64,000 nt of DNA, taken from Bugula neritina. Its lineage: Eukaryota; Animalia; Bryozoa. The stretch covers positions 13,568,722 to 13,632,721 of the forward strand of contig OZ037766.1 of the NCBI GenBank assembly GCA_964035545.1, written 5' to 3'. Below the pieces are notes generated by a model. The model was not told where the DNA came from. It worked only from the letters and a program-made list of their open reading frames with translations, and made no database searches. This document shows positions 1 to 9,992 of the stretch, piece by piece. A program made the translations under genes and the position numbers. Numbering within the stretch: position 1 is the stretch's first letter; each line of letters starts with the position of its first letter.

Positions 1-891
1 TGGTTATGGAATGCATTGCATATATGCCAAATTATTTTAATCATGAAAACTAAAGGAAGCAGAAATGTTAAAAGTATCTACAGAGCTCTTTTTATCCTTG
101 TAGGAAAATTTAGTATTACAAACAAAAAATTAAGTCACAAGTGTTTCAATTGATATTCTTGTATTACCTAATAACATTCAATATTATAAATTTTAAATTA
201 CAGTTTAGATAGAATTCAATAGTGTAATTATGATATTCCCAAATGCTGTTTTATAAAAATATGATTATGTGACTATTTTTAACAATTCTTTTTGGAAAAC
301 TATGTATATAGCCTTATTTCACTGCTTTTAGTATAAACTCAACATGAATTGCAAACTTAATTTGGGCATAAAAATCTGAATGGCATGAATAAATATATCA
401 GTTATATAATTATATATAAATAAAATTTTAATTGTCATGTTCTATGGTTCTTTTAGTTGTTTAGATAAGCTCACCTTTAATCTGCAGAGGCTTCCATTTT
501 TTAAATCCAACTGGAAAGATGTTCCCATTTTAAGATTATAGCTTTATAGTTTAGTAACAGCTTGTGTCTCACCAGGTGTACTCTCTCAACTACGTATACT
601 GGTTAAGGACGTTGTAGAGGTTGCAGCAGCAAGTTATCCACGTACTAATCATGCGCTGGTTTTTAGGCCCATCCAATAGCTTCTAGTATTATTTGATGAT
701 GAGCAAACCAGCATATTTATCACTGTACAGACACTGTATCTACACATTTTGCCATTATAATAACTTAACATAAAGAAAATAGGTATGTGGCTGATAAGAA
801 CCTGCGGAAGAATTGTTATTTGAATACAGTAGGTGTATGCTGGTAAAAGGTGACATGTTTCAGTAAGGTTTGAACTTCTTACTAAACAGTT

Positions 892-1451
892 TGTAGAGTT
901 TTCATAATTACTACCTACCCGTTGTCAAAATTGAAATAGTGAAGCTTAACGAATTGTGAAAATATTAAAGTTATCCTCCTTGACACATTACTTAGGGCTA
1001 TTTTTCTAAATGCTATCATTATAGCTAGGTTCCTGGCGTAACTTTCTAATACTTTAAATACTATAGCCATTGTTGAGCTTTTATAGTAATAAACATAGTT
1101 AATCCCTTTCCCACATTTACAACTTACAACCTTTACGCACTTGGCTGGGTTCAATTTTGCTGATTCGCTTGAACCGACAGTCCACCGAGGTTCCGCTCAC
1201 TGGCTTGCCGAATGCCGGCACACCTTGCCGAACTTCGACTAACTGTCGGTCAAAGGTTTTAGAATCCCTTTGTTTGGATAGTATAAAAAGAGGCACATTT
1301 TGAGCTCCAGTCAGTTGAAGTCAGGAGCTCAGACTAAAAGGATTAACCATACCAATAAAGACTCACAGCACACACTACTCTACAATCTAATCTTATCCCT
1401 TCTCTTACAAGGAGTTATGTTCTCTGCCTGATTACATTTAAATAACCTACA
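892..1451 (+). mobile_element. Solo LTR (Gypsy-like), 560 bp
   Basis: Termini TGTAGAGTT...AACCTACA (TG..CA, imperfect inverted); 4-bp TSD AGTT at 888-891 and 1452-1455; TATAAAA 1282-1288, Inr TCAGTT 1311-1316, AATAAA 1354-1359 in U3-R-U5 order. Confidence 0.75.
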
Positions 1452-2199
1452 AGTTACTACATAATCATTATAGCATGTTACTTTCTTTATAATTATTGAT
1501 ATTCTGTTTAGCTCAACAAATCTCCTAGACTGCATGCTTGTGCTGGATCAGCTGAAGAATTACCCATCAAAACTTATAATCTCTTCAATTCCTATGTTAT
1601 TTTAATGTCATGATCACATGCTGTGCTATATTTACTCAAACTTTAAAGTAATATGTATATATTACTTAGTGAGAACTCTATACATGTTATACAAGAAGTG
1701 TCCTTTCGTAAAGGTACCACTAACCAATATAACCAAATTTTGTAGTTATAAAGCTCTTTTATTCTGGTCTATTTTTAGAACATTACTACAAATGAGAAAA
1801 GTCAAAAAACGTTGCTGGAAACAAGAGTATGCGATTCAGCAATGAGTGTTCATTTTGTGCTGTTAAGTTTTCAAAATCAGCTTGATGCTGGAGCAGCTGA
1901 TTGCAAATTTGTTTTTTGTCTCTGATCAAGATTGCTTTCGTGGGTTTACCCTGATTACTAACGATTTACAGTAAGAAAAATATAACTAATTCACAGTGGC
2001 CAATGTCTACACTTATGAGATTGTACTTGTTCAATAAACTGGTTGGCATATTGACAACTAATTGATATCTGGCTATAGAAGTATATTTCAGGACATGGCC
2101 TCTCAACTTAATTACACTGAAATTTAAACAAGATGCACATATTAAATATATTAAAGCTGTATTCAACAGGGTTGGGGTTATTTTAATTATTTACATTTT

Positions 2200-2950
2200 T
2201 TCAACACTGAAGTATGTAAGGACAACTACAATTCATGATAAAAAGCACCCATCACTAAGCAACCAACACTTTTTTTGAAATACCAAGTTGAAACTTGGAC
2301 CAGCTATGTCAATACGAGGGAAGAATGTACCCCTTAACTGGTATGAAGACAAAGCTTTTGAAGCACCATGAAAGCTTTTCCAATATTGCGACAGTGTTGA
2401 TTGTTGGAATTTAATGGTTACCAGCATAGTTCAGATTTGTTGAAACTGAATGTCCATTGGTTAGCACAAATTTAGAGCATCACAAATTAATCTGGAGAGT
2501 AGGTATGTAAATAAGATGTATATTGAAGCTGAAGAACATTCGTTTATTTACTAAGCATGACAAATAAAAACAAACATTACACGTGAAAAAAATGATAGTT
2601 TACATCTATGATAAAAAAATACCAATATTATGAAGTCCAGCATAGCAGAAATAGACTAATGGTAAGATGTTGCATCAGCTGCAAACTATGTTAACATTCC
2701 TATTAACACACCCACCAACTTAATGCAATTGAAAATTATTGCTAGAGAATTCAATGAAACTTCACAAATCTTTTTTTTTATAAGTTTAGTTCAATATGAA
2801 TTAAGTTTCTTGTAAATTGTAGTGAGCCTTTGTTCAGCCTTGTAAGATTGTGCCAAGTTCATACTTGCAGCAGTCATAGGGTTATAACTGTATTTATTGT
2901 GTAGTTCTTGCTGCAATAACCTTTTCTTTTAAGGCATTTAGTCTGTTGGT
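2200..2950 (-). pseudogene. Possible highly degenerate hAT-type transposase fragments
   Basis: Minus-strand pieces FFPRIDIAG-SFNL-FQKKCWL-SDGCF (TTF zinc-finger-like) and NCIKLVG...AADATS (resembling IKCIExCGRQGIALRGHRDD); many stops and frameshifts, recognised by eye only. Confidence 0.3.
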
Positions 2951-3009
2951 TTGATTAGGTCCTAGGAAGGTCTCTTCTGAGATAGTGCCACACGTTGCTA
3001 AGTTAAAAA

Positions 3010-3013
<4 letters not shown>

Positions 3014-3081
<68 letters not shown>
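3014..3081. repeat. (TA)n microsatellite
   Basis: Uninterrupted TA run of ~68 bp. Confidence 0.95.
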
Positions 3082-3084
<3 letters not shown>

Positions 3085-3805
3085 TAAAAGAAAATGTGCC
3101 CCATGGATTGGTTTTAATAACACCTGCATTTTCTTGAACACTGAAGTTACATTTAAGAGCAGATATGGAAGTTACAAGTGATTATATTGTCACAATTTGA
3201 CGTCTAAATGTGAATGTTAAATAATATTTTCAAAATGTCCTCCATTATTTTTCTTATACATGCATGCAGTGAGTTCTAAAATATTTATGTTCCAGAAGTC
3301 CCTAATATCCTTAATATCTACAAACCTTTCGATTTAGTTATTCCACCATCTGTTTGCATTTTTCTAAAAGCTTTAGGTTTTTCACGATCGGTGTCACATC
3401 ACCACAATTGCTTGGTGCATACTAGACATTGTTGAGATGCCACACTTTGCTACTGTGGGCTCAAGAGCTCCATTTGCTGCCTGCAAAACCATGTAAGACA
3501 GCCTTAGGACTTGGCAAAAATACTCTAGCTGCTATTTGGCAATAATAATGTTACCCAAAAATATGTCACAAATGTTTACACACTTGACTACATTAGGTGT
3601 GATGCTGAAAATCTCTGTTACATCAGAAAGCAATTTTTGTAACAATAATTGAAAACACAATCTAAAGGACAAATCACGTATTTCTAACGCTGGCATTTCT
3701 AAAACTTAGCATATTAAATATTTAAATTGCAGAAACTTGCCTTGCTGATGATTTGTTTAAAGGGCCCAGTGAAGTATCAGCTGTTGGAAGCTGTATATTT
3801 TTGCA

Positions 3806-4132
3806 AGACCATGTAACTGCAAAAATGAACAACTCTGCCCACTTGCTGGTTACTAGCAGAGCCAAAGCAGTTGTCTACCAAGTAAACAGTGCATGCTGGC
3901 AAAAGTAAAGAAATTTACACAGACTTGACTGAAATGAATTTAAAACAGGATATAACAACCATACAGCAAACTTTAAAAATGTTATCAAAAGTAACACCAC
4001 CGAATTGAGTAAACAATATGGGAACCTAAAGACAAAAACATCCTTTATACTATCAAGTGGAAAATCCTCAAACAAGCACAGCAATGCACCAGGTTTCCTC
4101 CAAAATGCAACCTTTGCCTGTGAGAGAAATAC
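3806..4132 (+). pseudogene. Penelope-like element GIY-YIG endonuclease fragment
   Basis: With frameshifts reads CNCKNEQLCPLAG..AVVYQ..EIYTDLTE-NEFKTGYNNHTANFK..TTELSK..KDKNILYTIKWKILKQA..KCNLCL-EKY, the C-terminal endonuclease pattern of Penelope-like elements. Confidence 0.8.
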
Positions 4133-4307
4133 AGTACAAGCAGGATTTTCTTTCACTAATAAACCATATGTAAACATGCTATAATCTGTTGTTGGGAAGC
4201 ATATTTTAACCTCTTCCAGCTGTAACGAAATTTTGCGTATAATAACTTAGAGTTGTTTTTTCGATTTTTCTACATTTAATTGCATGCTCTCCACCAAACT
4301 ACTGCAT

Positions 4308-4321
4308 TGGTGGCAGCGGTG
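4308..4321 (+). promoter_or_regulatory. Primer binding site complementary to the tRNA-Leu 3' end
   Basis: TGGTGGCAGCGGTG is the reverse complement of ...CACCGCUGCCACCA and sits 1 nt after the LTR-terminal CA. Confidence 0.75.
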
Positions 4322-4369
4322 AGGTTCAGAATAATTAACTGGCCCTGCGTAGGGGAATAAAGAAGTAAG

Positions 4370-4895
4370 ATGGCTGAAGGAGGAGAAAGAGGACCAGTAG
4401 CACCCGAAAAACCAGCAGTACCAGCCCTCACGTTGGAGAACTTGGTGACAGCTCTCCGAGAAGGCAATGTGACTGGTCAAGCGCCACCTGGTGAGAAGTA
4501 CCGCCTCAAGCTCCCGACTTTCGGAGAAGACAGAGATGTGGAGCAATTTATCGGCGAGTTCGAGAATGTGGCCACCATCGTTGAATGGCCGGCACCGGTG
4601 CGAGTTCTTCAACTCCAGACCAGCTTGACAGCTCAGGCCTGGAGCTTTGCTCTCGGACTAGACGAAGAGCACACCAGTCGTGCTCTCCGAACTGATTCGG
4701 AATGACAGTTTGTGACGCAAGGGACAGACTCCAAAGACTATGAAGGGATAGGACTTTCTTGCCGACACCATCGAGAGGTTGGCTCAGATTGCATTTAGTC
4801 GCAGTGAGGAGGAAGAACGAAAATGTCTGATATATGAGGCATTCTTCTAAACGGTTCACAACGCTGGCTTACAACGCTACTACTTGGCAGCGAAA
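4370..4895 (+). pseudogene. Retrotransposon gag (capsid) pseudogene
   Basis: ORF 4370-4705 has KLPTF..DVEQFIGEFENVA..W..RVLQLQTSLTAQA; continues across frameshifts and stops as FGMTVCDARDRLQ..ADTIERLAQIAF..EAFF*TVHNAGLQRYYLAAK. Confidence 0.75.
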
Positions 4896-5474
4896 TCAAC
4901 ACCTTATTTATATACATTATAACATGGATTGTGGCGAGTCAGCCAACAGCCGGTGTCATCAGTGCAAGAAGAAATTCTGCATGCCTCTAAACACTTTGTA
5001 AATGTGTTTTGCACGTGTAGAGAAATCTCCCATCAGTAAGAATACGAGCCAAAAAATTAGCGCAGAGCTTGCTGCCATAAGGGCAGAACATGTGTCATGG
5101 ATGCCACCACCTTCAGTGAGTTCCGCGATCTGATACTGTTACACGTGATAGATCTCCAGAAACGGGAAGCACAGTCTCTAGGGTTCCCGACAGTTGCCCA
5201 GGGTGGGAAGACTTGGATAAAGATAAATAGACAGGCCACGTCACCGGCCCAATGGCTTCGCAGCCACTTCGGGTTGCATTAGCAAGGGAAGGATGAACGA
5301 GGTGACAAACCCACATCCAGACATCAAGGACAAGTAGGACAGTAGTTGGGACAGTGTACAAAAAAGTTAGAGTTGCTAAGAAGAGCATGCATATGTTAGT
5401 AACTGTATAAAGTGTAGTTTTAAATATAAGTCCCTCAGAATAGGGATGCCAGTAAACATTCAGAGTTTATAAAT

Positions 5475-5700
5475 AGGAGATATCACGAAACTCAAATCCG
5501 ATAGTCCCAGCTGTGCCAGAATTACAAAGCTCATTCTAGGGAAGATAATATTGTTCAATGGCAGACAACCAGCAGAATGTACTGAGCTAAAAAATGCAGA
5601 CTGCATGAGATCTGCAGCACAGTGTGAAGGTCCTAAAGGGATCATTAAGAGCTTTACACAATCCCAGCAACTTTCTACTAAAACGCAAGTTATTCAAGAG
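5475..5700 (+). pseudogene. Tyrosine-recombinase-like (Crypton-type) fragment
   Basis: Translates ARITKLILGKIILFNGRQPAECTELK, resembling the LxxIILFNRRRxxEV box of animal YR-transposon proteins (recognised from memory). Confidence 0.4.
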
Positions 5701-6482
5701 CACCATTATAATTTTTGAAGTTCTGTGAGTCATACTTTTGTTCACTGAAACCAGTTTTGTTTTTTTTATGTATATTTAGCAATATAATTGATCAATTATT
5801 ATCATTTATCATCACACAAATTATGATGATTCAGAAATTGTATATGCTATTACATAGACTACAATGGAGAAATTTGTAAACAAAAATGATTTACATACAT
5901 CATATGCTTTTGGTGCTCAAAATGATTAATTTTGATTGTATAAAAATATTATTGAGTCATAAAATCATCACAGTTGTTAACTTGTAGCAGAGCAGTAAAT
6001 AAATGTGCCAAAGCCCATATTTATATTTATAGTCATTCAGTGATTGAAGCGCAAGGAGAAAGCACAAAGGGTCTTTGAAAAGTGTAAATCCTGTTTGACA
6101 GAATTGGAAGAAAAGCAGTCTCTTTAATTTTAGAAACTGAAGCTTTTCCGGCTTACCAACGAGAAAAAAAAACATGAATACCCTCAAGCAGGAAGTATAC
6201 TTTATAGCTTTCACATCAATTTTATAGTTCTATCTGATAGCCTCAATTTCAGCATGACGTGCTCAATTAGGAAGGAATAAGTTTTATCTTTCTAATATAT
6301 AACACTATGATGGAAAGTTAACTCCAGCCTATCAACACCTTTATGATTCTTTATTGATTAATACAACTAATGCTTCAGCTCAACTAATCCTACCATTATC
6401 AAAGTTGAGCTGATGAAGCAAACTTTTCAACTAAACTTGGGCGACCAATTGCCAACTTTTGACCATTGAGCAAAATCACGAG

Positions 6483-6700
6483 TAGAAAAAGACAACGTAA
6501 AAATATTGTGGGAGTTCCACATCCACAGTCACTAAAGCTAGGAGCTCTGACATAGTAGTAATTGAAAAGCATAATGCTGAAACAACCATCATCAACATAG
6601 CCAGTCCCTGGTGACTACAGAGTAAAATAAAACGAATGAAAAAAGGTAGGAATATATCAGGACATAGTACTAGAAACAACCTGCCTTTGAGACACATCAA
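6483..6700 (+). pseudogene. Restriction-like endonuclease fragment of an R4/Dong-type non-LTR retrotransposon
   Basis: With frameshifts VEKDNVKILWEFHIH..ARSSDIVVIEKHNAETTIINIASP-GDYRVK..KKVGIYQD, matching the KILWDF..RRPDIVV..IIDIAVPGD..EKxxKYQDL RLE motif. Confidence 0.75.
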
Positions 6701-6870
6701 GAAAAGCTATGCCCACTGTAATTTAAGCTCTTGAAACTACATACAAAAACTTAGACTTCATTTCAAGTAACTAGAAACAAAATGAGCTCCCAGAGTAAAC
6801 ATTACCTTCCTAGACGGTAAAAGAAAATCACATTTTAGTTTCAATAGTGCTCTTACTGGCTTTTGGGGGT

Positions 6871-7641
6871 TCATACAGACTTAAGAGCATTCAATTTCTT
6901 TTTCAAATGATTAATTTCAATGTCAAACTGCTCAAGCTGAGCTTTAAGTTCAGAATTATGTTGTTTGAGATCCTTCATCGTAGTTGCATGTGATGATTGA
7001 GCTTTTTTCAGCTTACATTTAGTAATATTGGTGCGAACTAACCTCCTTTTCAAATTACCTAACTGCAATTTTAGATTTTTTACCCTATCATTAGAACGTT
7101 CCAGGCTTTTCTTACTTCGGTAAAGCCTCTTCCTAAATATATTGGCATTTCTATTTGCTCTAGCAAGCTTTTCTGTCAATTTATACATGTTGGTAGCAAT
7201 AGTCACATTGTTTCTAGCTAACTGAGATGCTTGCAACATGCTGTAATCATTTCCAATATTTTTTAAAGCTGTAGTAGATGCAGGTGATGCTTGGGGGTTA
7301 GAAGGAAGAGGGATAGCAGAAAGAGAGAGCTGCTCTGGTGAAATATGTAAAAGATCTAACTTAAGGTATGCTTCTAATGCAAAACGGCCATGTGGACGGT
7401 GAGCATTTGAATTCAATACTTTGTACTGCTCTAAAACTCCTATAATTGTGCTTTCAGCTAACAGGCTGGAAAATTTACTGGGCAATTGATTATGGATATG
7501 TTTAGATTTTTGTCTTTTGTTGTTGGGAAAACTACGAGCCATTTTAACAATATGGCCATTTTTGATGACACTCAATTTATCCAGATCATCAGGATTTATA
7601 GAGAAAGGAGAGTAAAGACAGTCTGCTGGAGGCAACACCAT
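6871..7641 (-). CDS. Intronless 256-aa ORF with basic coiled-coil C-terminus, probably the N-terminal part of a truncated DNA-transposon protein
   Basis: Long open frame in AT-rich TE region, heptad/Lys-rich C-terminal half; coding-like sequence continues briefly in another frame (EPPKASKSTIETK). Confidence 0.4.
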   Translation of the reverse strand: MVLPPADCLYSPFSINPDDLDKLSVIKNGHIVKMARSFPNNKRQKSKHIHNQLPSKFSSLLAESTIIGVLEQYKVLNSNAHRPHGRFALEAYLKLDLLHISPEQLSLSAIPLPSNPQASPASTTALKNIGNDYSMLQASQLARNNVTIATNMYKLTEKLARANRNANIFRKRLYRSKKSLERSNDRVKNLKLQLGNLKRRLVRTNITKCKLKKAQSSHATTMKDLKQHNSELKAQLEQFDIEINHLKKKLNALKSV

Positions 7642-8204
7642 CTTACAGATTATGAAAAAGAGAATTCAGATAATCTAGGACTAGATAGTATAAAATTAAC
7701 AACACGGAGCACCTGATTTGGTCACATCAAAGTTCACAGTAGAATTTCAGAGACAGCATCAGCGTTTGAACATCTACAAAAAAGTCAGAGAACGTTATTA
7801 CAAATGTATAAATTTTTGTTGATGTCAATAATACTATGATGCCTACTTTAAAGTAAAAACAGCCAAGCTGAAATAACATGAACTGCAGCAATTTTCCAAT
7901 TTATAATTAAAAGAAACGAAAATATAATTATACAAGCAGAATTATTTAGGTTTACATTAATGTAATGTATTAATGTAAACTTAAATAATTCTGCTTATAT
8001 TATTTCTGATTAGTTACACAATATTTATTAGCTTGCTTAAAAAACTAACTTACATATTTTCAAATGATTGTAAATTATAACTTTGAATCAGTTTTTACTC
8101 TACCAGAAAGCCTCAGTACTAACATTTTAGTGACAACATTTCTAGTATATGTTTTAAGTGCCTTTAAATGGTACAGGATAAAAAAAAGCAACCAGAAAAT
8201 TTCA

Positions 8205-9730
8205 ATATAATCAGTTTAAAATTGCAGAACCCTTCAAACTAACAAGAAATCCAAATGGCGGACGATATGTCACTGTATAAAATTGATTTGATGGCAATGT
8301 AAGACAGACACTGACACTATCAAAAAAACAGATAGCAAGAACAAGTACAGCATACTCGGTATCTGTTTGGTAAACAGGGAGAAAAAAGAGAAGGAGTGGT
8401 AATCACAGTGAAAAGCCACATCAAATCCTCATTCACACTAATATCCGAGAGAATCTTAATGCGCAAAACCACCAATCCAAGTTGAACAGAAACATCGTAC
8501 TAATATGTGCCTATACCCCTACCCTAGCTGTGAGCGAGTCATTACCTAGAATAAAAGAAGAACTTTATCAGCAGCTGAAGACTGTAATAAACGCAGTAGA
8601 TCACTGCTTGACGTTGCCAGAGATTTTAATGTGCAGGCAGGTAATAAGGGATTCTATCAACACAGGGAAAATATGGGGCTATACAGTAAAGAGGCACTAA
8701 ATGGTGAAACACTACTCTAACTAGCTAGCAAAAACAATGTCATCATAATCAATACTCTTTTCTTACACAAACTATCGCACATCATATGGGAAGCAAAGTA
8801 TAGAAAGATAACGTATAAAAATAGAGAACATAGGTACCACCATTTTTGAAATCAGATCGACTACATACTGACCAGAATATCACACATACAACTCCTGAGA
8901 AACATTAAATCCTACAGTGGGCTTCACATCCTTAAGGACCATAAGATAGTAAGAACTATCGCTATAGGGAATTTTGGAGCCAAACAAATCAGAACCTTTG
9001 AAAGATCAAAAGACCCAATAACAAGAGCTAAATATGCATTTCCTGTTGAAATGCACCTAATGAATAAAGATCATGAGAACAATGAAAAAAGAAACGCAAT
9101 CCGGCAGAAATGGAACGAAATCATTGTTGCCAACAGGAAAGCAGCTATAGTAGTCCTAGAATACAGAAGACCAAAAAAGTGATGTACATGATTGTCAAGA
9201 TGTCAATAGAACAGAAAAAAGTAGGAACCACTCCTAACGGCACCCAAGAACCGAATAAAACAAATAAAATCAGGAAAACAAGGATTAAGACGGTGCATAA
9301 AGTCGTTGAGGCTATTCAATTCAACCAAAAAATCCAAATGGCTACAGATAGCCAACGAGGGTTTTACTCCAGAGCCAGCTTCACAGGCAGAAATTATCAC
9401 AGGCCACTTCAGGAAAATGTTTCCAAAAGAAAACATTGAGACTGCCTACTATACCACCACACCAGATGACACCACCCTTCAACAAAGATGAAATCAGCCG
9501 AGCAGTGAAAATATTGAAAAAGAACAGAAGTGCAGGAGGTGATTATCTGCAGGCAGAACAGCTGAAATATGAGCCAGATATAGTGTTTCAGAGTACTGCA
9601 GAAATATTCATTTTCAATACCAAAGAAACCACAGAAGTAAAAGATGATATTCTACTACAACTACAAAGCCTGGAAAAGCTAAAAGACCATCAAGTTATCT
9701 ATGTCCCATCATTCTACTGTCAAGTGTCAA
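8205..9730 (+). pseudogene. Degenerate RTE-like LINE: APE endonuclease plus start of RT
   Basis: Motifs MADDMSLYKIDLMAM, ICAYTPT, RDFN, NTLFLHK, NQIDYIL, DHKIV, then PFNKDEISRAVKILKKNRSAGGDYLQAEQLKY and KPGK..LCPIILLS; many stops; 3'-truncated. Confidence 0.85.
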
Positions 9731-9992
9731 TGCTTCGCATAGCACTATTATGAGTTGATACAAGATGTAACCCATTACGCCTTACGGACTTCATCAATAA
9801 GTAAGTATTAGGATAAATTGTAATTATAGGTTGCATCAACTATGAATTAGACGCCTGTGAACATGGATTCACGGACACACTGACATGAAGTTGAAATCAA
9901 AATAAATTCAACATAGAGTTAGTATCATAATAAAATATAATTATATTTAAATTATTTTCTTTTAAATATAAAGTAGTTTAAATGCAAGTTGC

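Larger units (their letters stand above)
4221..5355 (+). mobile_element. Internally deleted Gypsy-like LTR retrotransposon remnant (short 5' LTR, PBS, gag, no pol)
   Basis: TGTAACG..CTGCA (4221-4306) followed by PBS TGGTGGCAGCGGTG at 4308-4321 and a gag-like ORF; local GC rise; 3' boundary uncertain. Confidence 0.7.
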
